In this document: piece by piece, positions 48,701-61,744 of the stretch
Layout: each line of letters starts with the position of its first letter
How positions within the stretch are numbered: the stretch's first letter is position 1
Origin: Macrostomum lignano
Lineage: Eukaryota
Assembly: GCA_002269645.1 (NCBI GenBank)
Contig: NIVC01001025.1
Span: forward strand, 1 to 64,000
Direction of reading: 5' to 3'
Length of the DNA stretch: 64,000 nucleotides
Program-made: the position numbers and the translations under genes
The notes under the pieces: model-generated
Told to the model about the DNA's origin: nothing
Database searches by the model: none
The model's input: only the letters and a program-made list of their open reading frames with translations

Positions 48701-51700
48701 TCATCTGAGTTTCCAGATCGTACAGATCTTTCTTCTCGGTGGAGTCGCTCTGAGCCAGCCGGTCGGGCTTGCTCAACCGCTGGTCTTTGTCCAACTCTTT
48801 GCGCAGCGCCTTCATCCGGGCCTTCAATTCCGACTCCAACGTTCGCCTGAGTTTTTCTTCCTCTGAGGCCAGCTCCTTGGACAGGCGGTCCCGACTCTGT
48901 CCGGTCTGTTCGGCCAGTTTGTCCAAGGCCTTCTGGAAGCCGTCGCGCTGGGAGGTGTACACCCGATCCAACTGCTGCTTGATGGAATTCTCCTCGGCAC
49001 GATTGGCGGCCTCGCGTTGTTTAACAATTTTCTGATGCTTCCGGCGCAGCTGCTTGTAGTTGCTCATCTGTTAGGGCAGGTATGGGGAGTCAAGCGCTTG
49101 TTGCCAGGCAAATATATTCTGCTGATCTAGACTCCGCCGTTACTACTGTATGTAAATCAGCCCTATGAAAACTGTACCTAGGCCAAGAAGCGGCTCAGAG
49201 TCACTCGCAGGAAGCTTGAAAGCGATTCTTGGGCGACTCTTGGACGACCATTTGCGCAACTCACGTTGCGCTAGACTCAATGTGAGTTGTTTCACTAATG
49301 ACTCTAGCGATTCTTGTCACGGTAACGAAGTCTCAACTTTCATATATCACGGAAGCTATTGCAACCTCGAACTGCAGCTATTGACGCAATATAATTTAAC
49401 ACTTAATAACACATGTCCGCTAAGATTGTCTGCGGTAAATCCTTTCTTGGCGCTGCGCCCAAGAAATGGAAATTATAGAAATTTATGGAAAAATCACAGA
49501 CTGGAGCTTATGTATCAGAGAAGCGGCACTCAATCAATCTACTGACCTGCTCCCGAGCTGTAGCGTCCTGCAGATGCTCTCGCCGCTCCCTGTGCACAAT
49601 ATGACTACTCTTAATAGTAGGGAAAGCCGGTTGGCCGCGCGGCCCGCCCGGATGAGAAATCTGATAGGGCGACACTCCGCCCACAGTGGAAATGGGCTGC
49701 TGCTGCTGCTGCTGCTGCTCCGCCAGGGTGCTCAAGGCCGGCGATGAGGCGGCCGGATTAGCCGAGGCAGACGCCGCGGCGGCCATCGCCGGCAGTGAGG
49801 TCGCCGATGAGGACGGCGTCGGCGGGTGATAAAGCGACGCTTGCTGCTGTCCACCGGGCTGCTGATAGGCGGACTGCGGCGCCGCGACGGCGGCAGCTGC
49901 GGCGCCGGTGGAGACCCCGGAGGCGCCGCGCTGATGCGTGGCAGTTGGCGAGCCGCCGGCCGGAGATCCGGCAACGACAGCGGCGACAGCGCTGGCCGAG
50001 CCAAGCGAGCCGTTCTCCTCGGACTCTTGCAGTTGCAAGTCCTCGGAGGCGAGGCTGTCCGAGTCCAATTCAATCTCCGGCCCGCCCGGACCCCCGGCGC
50101 CGATAAGAATTTTTCGGCCGCGTCGAAAATTCTGCGCTGTATTTGAGCTTTGAACTGCGCGAACGCTTCTGGCGATCAGGTCCAAGACTGTGCTAGCCGG
50201 CCGGTCCCGGGTCATGAACGGGTGTCCGAGTCCGGCCTCCGAGCTCATGCGTTCGGCCGGCGCAGTCTGTAGGCAGCGTTCAACGAATTGGCAAAAATCG
50301 CGGCTCCATCTGTCCGGCTGCTGGAGGCGCGGCGGCGGGTCCTGGGGTATGTGGTACAGAGCCGACATGGCGTTCATGTGGAACAGCGGCGGCTTCGTCT
50401 CGGCCAGCTCGAGGGACGTGATGCCTGATTGATAGGTTAGCGGGTTAATGGGCATCGTTTGTTATTCAATTAATAAACTGCTTGATTAAAGCTATCAATG
50501 CTTGATCTGAGAGGCTGACACAGTAAATGAGGCTGGGGCTGACACAGCAACTGAGGATTCTGGGGTTGGCCCGGCAACTGAGGATCTGGGGTTGGCACAG
50601 CAACTGAGGATCTGGGGTTGGCACAGCAACTGAGGATCTGGGGTTGGCACAGCAACTGAGGATCTGGGGTTGGCACAGCAACTGAGGATCTGGGGTTGGC
50701 ACAGCAACTGAGGATCTGGGAGGCTGGCACAGCAACTGAGGATCTGGGATGGTGGCCAAGCAACTGAGAATCTGGGAGGCTGGCCAAGCAACTGAGAATC
50801 TGGGGACTGGCCTAGCAACTGAGGATTCTGAGAGGCTGGTCCAGCAACTGAGGATCTGGGTTGGCCCGGCAACTGAGGATCTGGGGTTGGCACAGCAACT
50901 GAGGATCTGGGAGGCTGGTCCAGCAACTGAGGATCTGGGGTTGGCCCGGCAACTGAGGATCTGGGAGGCTGGCCCAGCAACTGAGGATCTGGGAGGCTGG
51001 TCTAGCAACTGAGGATCTGGGAGGCTGGTCCAGCAACTGAGGATCTGGGGTTGGCCCGGCAACTGAGGATCTGGGGTTGGCACAGCAACTGAGGATCTGG
51101 GAGGCTGGTCTAGCAACTGAGGATCTGGGAGGCTGGTCTAGCAACTGAGGATCTGGGAGGCTGACACAGCAACTGAGGATCTGGATGGTACAGCAACTGA
51201 GGCACAGAAACTGGCACAGCAACTGAGGATCTGGGAGGCTGGCGGTGGCCTAGCCTGAGGACTTGGTTGGTGGCTCAGTCACAATGGCAGCATTAGCGGC
51301 TTACCAAGCGACCACATGTCGGTTTTGCCATCGTACACGCCGTCCTCCATGGCGGTGATGAGCTCCGGCGACATCCAGTAAGGCGTGCCAATGAAGCTGT
51401 TGGCGGGGGAGGCAAGCGAGGCGCTGCCGAAGTCCCCCAGCTTGATGCAGCCGGACTCAGTCAGCAGTATGTTGCCAGCTTTCAAATCGCGATGAATGAA
51501 ATTCATGCTGTGCAGGTACGCCAGGCCTCGCAATGCGCCGTGAATTATTGAAGCAATTTCGACTTCTTTTAATGGCGCTTTAAGCACTTCGATAATGTCG
51601 GATGCTGAGCCGAGGCAGTACTCCATCACGAGCTGCATCAAATGTAGGGAGAGACACAATCACTATTTTTTTGAAAAAAAAAACTCATACAGAGATAAAG

Positions 51701-52919
51701 TAGACAAGTTAGAGACATGGCGCCCCACTCTTACCCATGCCGTGTTGTTATTCAGGTGGGCGGAAATGTATCGCACGCAATTCTCGTGTCTGAGCTGTCT
51801 GATGAACTGCACTTCCTTCTTGATGTCGTCGAATTTCTGCGATTGAAAATCATACTTTTTGTAGCTGGGAAACGCTTCAAGATAATTTTACAGAGATCCA
51901 TATTGAGGGGCGATTCTCATTGAGAATCGATTCTCATTCTCATACAATACCGAAATTGCGATTCTCATTGAGTATCATATCAAGAGGCGATTCTCATTGA
52001 GTATCATACCAAAATGGCGATGCTCATTGAGTATCATACCAAAATGGCGATTCTCAATGAGTATCATACCAAAATGGCGATTCTCAATGAGTATCATACC
52101 AAAATGGCGATTCTCAATGAGTATCATACCAAAATGGCGATTCTCATTGAGTATCATACCAAAATGGCGATTCTCAATGAGTATCATATCAAGAGGCGAT
52201 GCTTATTGAGTATCATATCAAGAGGCGATTCTCATTGAGTATCATATCAAGAGGCGATGCTTATTGAGTATCATATCAAGAGGCGATGCTTATTGAGTAT
52301 CATATCAAGAGGCGATTCTCATTGAGTATCATATCAAGAGGCGATTCTCATTGAGTATCGTATCAAAATGGCGATTCTTATTGAGTACAATACCGAAATG
52401 GCGATTCGCATTGAGCCTCATACCAAAATGGCGATCAGAGGCGATTCTCATCAAGTATCAGGGGAGATTCTTAATAAAGGTGAGAATGGGATAAAAGTGA
52501 CAAAAAAGCTTTTATAAGACTTACCTCGTCGCGATTTTTGCCAGCAAAGGACATCTTCTTGATGGCCACCACCTCTCCATTATTTTTGTATTTTGCCTAG
52601 AAATTGTTTTTAAAGGGAGTTTCATAAATTTCTGCTGGCTGCTGAGCACATACGGTACTCAGGCGCGCACTCAGACACACGCTCACACAGGGTGTACAGC
52701 GGCCTTGACTGTCTAATCGTCAGGCATGTACCCCCTCTGTGCCTTAGGGGTTCACCCTCATGGCCAGTGCAGCAGAGCCCGGCAACTCACGTGATAGACA
52801 GCACCAAAATTTCCATGGCCAATCTCTGACAGATCGGTAAACAGAGTCTCCGGATCGGCTGGGCTGAACAATCGCTTAGACGCCTCGTCCATTTGAGGCA
52901 GCTTCAGCCGAACTGCTGG
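45724..52919 (-). CDS. TAOK: TAO (thousand-and-one amino acid) STE20-family kinase, ~963 aa
   Basis: Exons 52791-52919, 52525-52596, 51735-51836, 51305-51632, 49547-50424, 48502-49067, 47174-47675 and 45724-46035 join in frame (2889 nt). [94 protein letters not shown] coiled coil. The initiator Met is not in the first exon found. Confidence 0.96.
46058..47092. repeat. 30-bp minisatellite, TAO intron 7
   Basis: CCACTAAATTAGCCTAAAATCTGTCCTGTG in tandem. Confidence 0.95.
47725..48468. repeat. 25-bp minisatellite, TAO intron 6
   Basis: GGGGATAAAACTGGCAGGATGGGAA in tandem. Confidence 0.95.
50505..51265. repeat. ~26-bp minisatellite, TAO intron 4
   Basis: GGCACAGCAACTGAGGATCTGGGGTT in tandem. 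Confidence 0.95.
51905..52465. repeat. 30-bp minisatellite, TAO intron 2
   Basis: TTCTCAATGAGTATCATACCAAAATGGCGA in tandem. Confidence 0.95.
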
Positions 52920-54119
52920 CTAGAAAAAAAAACCCCAATATGCTACTAATAAGCCCAGTGGTTGCTTTGACAGCCTCCAACTGGGTGGGGTTGGGTCAGC
53001 TCTGCTTTGTTTGCTCAGTTTGTGCTGCAACGCCAAGTCAAAGGCTGATTTGACTTCACAGTTGCCAGGCTGGCATAGTGGCCGAGTGATGCTCAGCTGT
53101 TGAAGAGTTTGCTTGGGTTAAAATTGTTTTTAAAATCTGTGTTATCGTTCTTCTTCTACTAGTCTTTGGTATGATTGAAGAAAATTCTAAGACTGATAAA
53201 GATCTGCTCTGGCTCTCTGCACTCAAGGACAGCATAAGATTAAAATGGGGATTGACAAAATGAAACAATATCTAAATTCAATAATGAATTTAATCAAAAT
53301 TAAATTTTAAAGCCTTATTTTGCTGCTTAGTCAAATACTATACTTTGTCGCTTAATAAATTGTTTTTTTACTAATCATAGCATTTCTTTGTATTTATTAT
53401 AATTGGTTGGCTTTAATATGAAATAAAGTGGCTAAGTATATTAACTAGGGACTAGGGTCTATCTATAATATAATTATGCTCTAGAATAAGTGATTTTTAA
53501 AGACATTATATAATTCTAATATCCTATTTAATTACTCTACAACTAGTCAAATAAATATATTAAAAACATTTACATTTCAAGAAGTAATGCCTAAAAATTT
53601 TTTTACTCTGAGCTGCTTCTGAGGAATGTCAGAGCTCCCATTCTGACTCTTATTACTAGGGAAGTTGACTTTTAAAGAAATGGAACCTAAAAGCATATGT
53701 TCTGATACTTCCTCCTTTCTATGGCTAGGAAGAGATATATTTTGTTGTTATTGTTGTTGTTAATATTTTATAACTATTAATTTTTTTGTCTAAATTCTTA
53801 TATTCTTTATCTATTATACTTTTTTACTTTTAAAATCTATTTTGTTATATAATGCATGATTTATTAGTTTTAAATTTTCAATAAATCCTGGCAATTGATA
53901 TTTATATATGATATTTATATTTATATATATATATATATCATTTGCTAAGATTTATTGAAAATTTGCTAGATTTATTGATATATATATATATATATATATA
54001 GTATCTATTGATATGTTTTGAAAAGCAATAAAACATATTTGTCATTTTTGAAATATACTATACTTCTAGGTAAACTATAACCAAAAGCTAAAACTAGGCC
54101 TATCTATACAAATATAAAA

Positions 54120-54390
54120 TATATATTATATATAATCTGGGTTTTTTTGTCTATAACTTGGGTGCAATTTCGCACCCTGTGCTAGATTTCAGGGTGCAAT
54201 TTTCAAGACTAGGATGCGCTGCATGTCCATAACACTAAATTTTGAAATCCATATCACATCCTTACAAAAAATTCTGGTGCACTTTTTGCACCCTGAGTCA
54301 AATTTCAGGGTGCAATTTTTAAGACCAGGATGCTATTCGCACCCATTCCAAAAAATATATCCAAAAAACCCAGTATATTATAATTTATAT
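54120..54390. mobile_element. Foldback/MITE-like element
   Basis: Nested inverted pairs CTGGGTTTTTTTG/CAAAAAACCCAG and TGGGTGCAA/TTCGCACCCA, plus an internal direct repeat TTTCAGGGTGCAATTTT.AAGAC.AGGATGC. Confidence 0.45.
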
Positions 54391-54879
54391 ATATAATATA
54401 TAGTGTATACTATATATAATATATTGCAAAATATATACAAATGTTATAACCTATAGCCTATAGGCTATAGTCCTAAGTATGATCCATACATGCAAGATTT
54501 ATGCCTTTGTATACTATATTAGCAATTAGCATTTCCTATTAGGAAGCCAAAAAATGTAGTACAAGTTTTTCTAACTAATAAACTACATATATTGTCTTAT
54601 TGTAGTGATCTTAGCAATCCTATACTAGCCATTTAGCCCCCCTCCCAGTGGCTTCTTAGCAGTTTAGCGCTTGTCTATAAGCAGTTTTGCACAGTCGCTG
54701 AGCATATCTCACTAATCTCCGAGAAGTTCTGCAGTAGCAAATCTCTAAGCAGTTGTACACCAATTTTACTGAGACTAAAAAGTTCTAAAAAGTTACATTT
54801 CTTAATGTTTGAAACTTTGCAATGTCAATTCATTTATAGTTCTTTTATGATTATTTGTTATTTTCAAATCCTCACCAGA

Positions 54880-55320
54880 TTACCACTATTCTCCCACATT
54901 AGCCCTACACCCCCAGATTAGCCCCACTTCCCCCAGATTAGCACTACTCCCCCCATATTAGCCACACACCCCCAGATTAGCCCCACTTCCCCCAGATTAG
55001 CACTACGCCCAGATTAGCACTACGCCCAGATTAGCACTCAGCCTAGATTAGCACTCAGCCCAGATTAGCACTCAGCCTAGATTAGTACTCAGCCTAGATT
55101 AGCACTCAGCCTAGATTAGCACTCAGCCCAGATTAGCACTCAGCCTAGATTAGTACCACTCCACAGATTACCGACGCTTCCCAGATAGTTTCACCTTCCC
55201 AGATTAGCACTACTTCTCCAGATTTGCACCATTCTGCAAAAATTCGCACCACTACTTCCTCCAGATTAGCCCTCCCACTCCTTTATATTAGCCCCGCTCC
55301 CTTAGATTAGCACCACTCCC
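54880..55320. repeat. Degenerate 18-19-bp minisatellite (CCCAGATTAGCACT core)
   Basis: Tandem units seen directly. Confidence 0.85.
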
Positions 55321-58188
55321 AAACTGCTAAAAGGTGACTACTATTATCGTCTCAGAAGTTTAAAGTTAAACCCTCCCCAGAAATTGGCAGTTATCCCCAC
55401 AACAACCTGAAATTATCCCTTCTAATTCCACAAAACAGACTACAGTCATACAACTCATTTGCACTCTATAACTTTTATTTATTATTCATTTATCCCTCAG
55501 GGACCCAGAATTGTCCCTTCTGCAAGCTACAATTATTCACATTTAAATATCCGCCTTAGAAGTCTGCCATTATTATCCTAGCAGTCTGCAGCTATCCCCT
55601 TGGCAGTTTGCAGCTTATACACTCATAAGTCTCGAGAAACTAACCAACGTCAGCAGTTTGTAGTCTGCAATGATCCCTTCAACAATCTGCAGTTCCCCTC
55701 AGTAGTCTGCAGTCAATTCATTTGCAGTCAGCAAGTGTTTCCTTAATAATTCTCATTTATCCCCTCAGCAGTCTGCAGTTCTCTCAGCTGGCCCCTCAGT
55801 ACTCTCAGCAAACTGCAATGATCTTTTCAATGATTTAAAAATTTGCTCAGCATTTACGATGGCGCACTAATTAATTTTCAATACATATTGGCAGTCTTGC
55901 GCAACTCAGCATTTAGCAATACCTCAGCAGTTTAACAGCATCATTTGCAATTTAGTAATTTAATCCCTTGCAGTTTAGTAATATCTACTTCTATAGACCT
56001 AGATAATAACAATTAATGGGATCTTAGGATTTTACAAATCAAATCAAATTTGCTTAGTAGCTTGTGCAAGTAGCAAAAATAAATTATTGTAATTAATAAC
56101 AAATTTTAATTATAATTAATCAAAACTATTCAAAATAGTCGAGGCAGAAGCTACTAATGAATGAATTTATTTAATTTTAATTAGCTACTGGGGAAATGGA
56201 CTCGAACTTTGGACCTTATTGCCTAGCCTAAACCTAGTCCTAGTGCCTGACACTGCAGCTATTCTGCCTACTAATCGGAGGGTGCAAAAATCAACCATAT
56301 ATGCTTTGGTACTACAGTCAAATACATAGTAGTGAAAGGCTGCTCAGTGTGCACAGGTTGTATGCAGGCAGAGCCAATGCACAGTTGAGTGAAATCTATT
56401 AATAGCAATTGTCTATGCAGTCTGCCAGTCAGCCAGGGTCAGAATGTACACACGCAGCCACTAAGCATTATTTTCCTCTCCTTTATTGCAGCCAGTATTG
56501 AGGCATACACAGTGAACAGAAAAAAGTTGTGGTGCAATCTTAATTGGAATTGAAATTCAGTTAGTGAGATTTTGACCTTTTCTAGCCTCCCATTGAAAGC
56601 ATTAAAAAAACTTGTTTTTTGAATATTTAACCAACTTTTCATTCTAATGAAAAGTTGAAATTGCTAATGCAATTACACCCACACAATCTCACAAGAATTT
56701 GCAATTGAATAAAGCAAGTTTGAAAAAAAATGGTTTAGGCATTCAGGCTGTGGACTGAAATACCGGTCAGACAGACCTTAGAGATTTAGTATATTGTGAT
56801 TAAGCCTTGATATCTTAGCAATTCCCTCTATAAGCCTCAACATATCAACTCCCCTCTTTAATATTTCAATGATGACTCTAATAAGCTTTGAAATCTTAAA
56901 AACTCTATCAACCTCCTAACCTTACCCTTAGCCCTAACCCTAAGTTAGTAGGACTACTAGCTAAATAATACCTAGTTTATTTAATCAATTAATGGTATAG
57001 CTAAGAACCATTAGGCCCTACCAATACCATAATAAAAATTGCCATATAATAATTAAATAGCATTAAAAATCAAATTTTTCAAAATGTTCTATGTGCCAAC
57101 TTACAATATTACAAAAAATCTTAATATTTCACTATTTAAAAATAACAAAAAAGTGAAAAATTAGTAAGTAGATAGAATGCCTTTTAAAGATTTATATTAG
57201 CCTAAGTTATTCCAAAAATAAGGCTAGGGGATAGTTCAAATATAGACCAAGAGTAGTCTAGGCCCCTAACATTTTTCTTTTGAGCTAGACCCCTGGGCTT
57301 AGTGTTTAAACATGAAAATTTAGATATAATTAGACTAGATAATACAGGCCTATCATATATAAAACATACAATATGCACTGTCTTAAGCGTAAGGACTCAA
57401 ACTCTAACCTACATTATATCATACGTATATTAAATTTATGGTCCCAGAGGGCAGAGGCTAGATAGAGATTATACATTTTGTATGGACAGACGATAATTAC
57501 TAGGCCTAGACTAGAGTTAGGTTTATCACTTAATAATCATTGTTATTTGTATTTAATTTTAAGGACAAGGCTAATCACTGTTATTTGAACGGAAAATTCA
57601 CTGTTAACTAAAATGACAATACAAAAAAACTAAAATACTTTTATGTCACGACACTGAACTTGCATTGCATATCTCAAAAAACCTGCTTCCAAAAATAGGA
57701 ACAAGTTTCTAGCTAGCGAAAATTAAATACATAAGCACATTGTTTTCAAATTTGTGTATATTGACAAAGACATAATATATAACAAAAAGTACGCCACCTT
57801 AACTTTTTAGAGTCAAAAGGCATGACCTCTTTGTCCCGTGTAAAGTTTTGTTGTAAAAATATGCTCTCATTTCGTCGACTGGGTCGTTCTCAAAAGTTGG
57901 GATACTAAAAGTGAAAATAATATTTTTCTAAAGGAATCAGTTCACCAGCGATGTTTAACCCAAGATTAGTGATGATAAAAACTGCAAAAGTTGGCCCTTG
58001 TGTAATTAGTTCATCACTGCGGGTTAGATTTCGGAAATTTTCAAATAGCTTCTCGTATGAAGATTTCTCGAGAAATAGTACTATCAATTTCTTTACTCAG
58101 ACGATTAAGGTCCTAGCATCGTCCATCGTCCCTAAATTTTCTTCTCCACTCACTATCCAAAAGTGATACACGGAAACGCCATTCGCCA

Positions 58189-58218
58189 CCCTAACCCTAA
58201 CCCTAACCCTAACCCTAA
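58189..58218. repeat. Interstitial telomeric-type repeat (CCCTAA)5
   Basis: Five perfect CCCTAA hexamers. Confidence 0.9.
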
Positions 58219-58359
58219 CGCCACTAGATTTTTTTCCTTTCCGCAATTTTCCAAGCTTTTTACAACCCTTCATTCTTTTTCCATCTCTTCCTTTTTCTCA
58301 ATTTTTCCTATTTTTAGCATCAAGTCCGTGCGACATCCGGGCGAGGGTTTATCTGGTAG

Positions 58360-58630
58360 CACGACAACTGCCTGCGCCACAACTGCCTGCAAAACTTCCT
58401 GCGCCACAACTGCCTGCAGTGACAACTGCCTGCAGTGACAACTGCCTGCAGTGACAACTGCCTGCAGTGACAACTGCCTGCAGTGACAACTGCCTGCAGT
58501 GACAACTGCCTGCAGTGACAACTGCCTGCAGTGACAACTGCCTGCAGTGACAACTGCCTGCAGTGACAACTGCCTGCAGTGACAACTGCCTGCAGTGACA
58601 ACTGCCTGCAGTGACAACTGCCTGCAGCGA
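58360..58630. repeat. 16-bp minisatellite (GACAACTGCCTGCAGT)
   Basis: Tandem units seen directly. Confidence 0.95.
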
Positions 58631-59039
58631 CAGCTAACTGTGCAGGCGACAACTGACTGATAGCTAGCTAACTCTTATATCTGTCCGATTTTTAGATTTC
58701 TTATCACTCTAATTAATTACCTTTTTTATACAACGCACAGTATGACACGTACATGTAGTAAGTCTAATGACCGGTAAACCAACTATGGCATAGACTGTGC
58801 CAGCAGACTGTGAGGCTGATCAAGCCGCTGGCCTTTGCGCGGTCAAGAAGCTGCCGTTTCTCTTTCTTTCATTCCCGTCTCTTTTTTTGCTCGGATCGCC
58901 TGCAACCTATCTTATACTTGTATAGTAGGGTAGGGGCAGGCAAACTCCCCGCCGGCCTTCGGGCCAGATGCAGCCCGCAAAGCCTCTCTATCCGGCCTAC
59001 GCGGGTCCTTTGAAACTTCACAACAGCAATCCGGCCTGC

Positions 59040-59280
59040 TCAACGTCTATATCTCTTCTCAGCGCTCTACTCTCTAATCTCCTCTCTTCCTCTCTCCCCT
59101 CTCCTCTCTTCTCTCTCCTCTTCTGTCTTCTCTCTTCTCCTCTCTTCTCTCCGATCTTCTCCTCTCCTATTCATCACTCGTTCCATCTTGTCTCATCGCT
59201 TCTCCTTTATTTTCTCGCTATTCTTTTCTCCTATCTTCCTTCTTTCTTCTCCATTCCCTCTCCTCTCTCCCCCCTCATCG
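59040..59280. repeat. CT-rich low-complexity tract
   Basis: Almost purely pyrimidine on the + strand. Confidence 0.85.
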
Positions 59281-60169
59281 GGCCCGCAGTCATGCTCAAG
59301 GTTCTCTATCTGGCCCTTGAGGTAAAAATAAGTTTGCCGACCACTGTAGTAGGGCGCTGGGCCATGGAGAACCATGGCTACGAGCGTACGCGGGACGCGG
59401 GGGTACTCTGACCTGAGAGTAGTTCTCTGCAGTAGTTCTGGCTTCGGGAGGCAGTTGTGCTGTCTCCAGCCACGTACCTCTATCGTGCTCGCCTGTTGTC
59501 TCCACTTCCAGATCGGGCAACCAGACAAATTTGCTCTGCATGCTACTGCTCACAGTAGTGTGTGTTTAGCATGGGTTACAGAGCGTTGTCCCGATGGGGG
59601 AGATTTACGAGTCGTACTTACTACTGAACGGAAGTGTACGAAAGTGAGAAAACGAAATATTAGAATTTAGCTTGAACCCTACATGAATGCAGGTACATGT
59701 TGACCAGCAGACCTCTCGCCTTGAATTCTAGTGCGTAGGTTTATTCTTTCAGCTGCGCGTCTGAATGCTCCGTCATCCGATCGTTTTCAGATTTAATTTT
59801 CCCATGAAGAATCGCGTCCAAAAAACTCAAACTCTGCATAGGTGTCACAGCTTCGATCCACTTAAAAATTAGAGATTTCATCGGTTATGTTGATACTTCT
59901 GTCCCAGACAAATTAGTTTTGAAGGCTCAAGAAAAAAGATGCAAAGGCTGTCTTGTCTAAACAATTGCAAGCACTGATTGTCTCATTGTTGAAGCCAGAA
60001 AGCTGACACGCTAATCAACTATCCAAATATGGGACAATCAAAGATGAATTGCTTTTTAAGCTCAGACGAGCAGTTCTCCCTGGAGAAATCATTGCATTCA
60101 ATTTGGGAACCCGAGAATCACGTGTATCAAAGGTGCATGCATGTTTGATAGTTGAAAACAAGCCACACC

Positions 60170-61342
60170 GACATCACATGGTCCTACAGTAAATCTGCAC
60201 CATCATCTGCAGCAGCATCACATGGTCCTACAGTAAATCTGCACCATCATCTGCAGCAGCATCACATGGTCCTACAGTAAATCTGAATCATCATCTGCAG
60301 CAGCATCACATGGTCCTACAGTAAATCTGAATCATCATCTGCAGCAGCATCACATGGTCCTACAGTAAATCTGAACCATCATCTGCAGCAGCATCACATG
60401 GTCCTACAGTAAATCTGAATCATCATCTGCAGCATCACATGGTCCTACAGTAAATCTGAATCATCATCTGCAGCAGCATCACATGGTCCTACAGTAAATC
60501 TGAACCATCATCTGCAGCAGCATCACATGGTCCTACAGTAAATCTGAACCATCATCTGCAGCAGCATCACATGGTCCTACAGTAAATCTGAATCATCATC
60601 TGCAGCAGCATCACATGGTCCTACAGTAAATCTGAACCATCATCTGCAGCAGCATCACATGGTCCTACAGTAAATCTGAACCATCATCTGCAGCAGCATC
60701 ACATGGTCCTACAGTAAATCTGAATCATCATCTGCAGCAGCATCACATGGTCCTACAGTAAATCTGAACCATCATCTGCAGCATCATCACATGGTCCTAC
60801 AGTAAATCTGAATCATCATCTGCAGCATCACATGGTCCTACAGTAAATCTGAATCATCATCTGCAGCATCACATGGTCCTACAGTAAATCTGAACCATCA
60901 TCTGCAGCAGCATCACATGGTCCTACAGTAAATCTGAACCATCATCTGCAGCAGCATCACATGGTCCTACAGTAAATCTGAACCATCATCTGCAGCATCA
61001 CATGGTCCTACAGTAAATCTGAATCATCATCTGCAGCATCACATAGTCCTACAGTAAATCTGAACCATCATCTGCAGCAGCATCACATGGTCCTACAGTG
61101 AATCTGAATCATCATCTGCAGCATCACATGGTCCTACAGTAAATCTGAACCATCATCTGCAGCAGCATCACATGGTCCTACAGTAAATCTGAATCATCAT
61201 CTGCAGCAGCATCACATGGTCCTACAGTAAATCTGAATCATCATCTGCAGCAGCATCACATGGTCCTACAGTAAATCTGAATCATCATCTGCAGCAGCAT
61301 CACATGGTCCTACAGTAAATCTGAATCATCATCTGCAGCAGC
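60170..61342. repeat. 41/44-bp minisatellite
   Basis: CATCACATGGTCCTACAGTAAATCTGAATCATCATCTGCAG(CAG) in tandem. Confidence 0.95.
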
Positions 61343-61744
61343 ACGTCTTGGTCTACCATCACGTCACATGAATCATTCACAGTATTCACAGCATTCAGAG
61401 GCTCACCAAAAGCCGAAAAACAATGGAGCCGACAGACATGACGCGGCATGCATTATAAACAGTCCAAATACATGTGGATCAGCGCTCTCTTCTACAATTG
61501 GTTCGTAGGCCGAATGACTATTAGATGCTAATTTCTGCATCTTTCGCATTATTGATACGCCCCACCCAGCTGTGTCTTTGCTTGCCATCTCCCCTGGTGC
61601 GTATAAAAGCAAAAGCTTTTTGGCGTCTGATATTTTTCTACTTTGTAATTTCCCTGCATTCGGTGCAGTCCTTCAAAGCGTCATTGAATATTCTTGCTAG
61701 ACAATAAGCTTATCCTACCTGATTCTTGAGGGCCACCGTTTAAA

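Noticed and set aside
53056-53080. ATG CCA GCC upstream of TAO exon 1 as the true start
   Set aside because: It reads MPAWQL* and has no good donor that would join it in frame to the 52919 exon.
56632-56657. 12-bp perfect AT-rich palindrome
   Set aside because: Short, AT-rich and isolated; compatible with chance.
58810-59670. Several 65-150-aa ORFs around the CT-rich tract
   Set aside because: Low-complexity-driven ORFs with no domain and no consistent splice signals.
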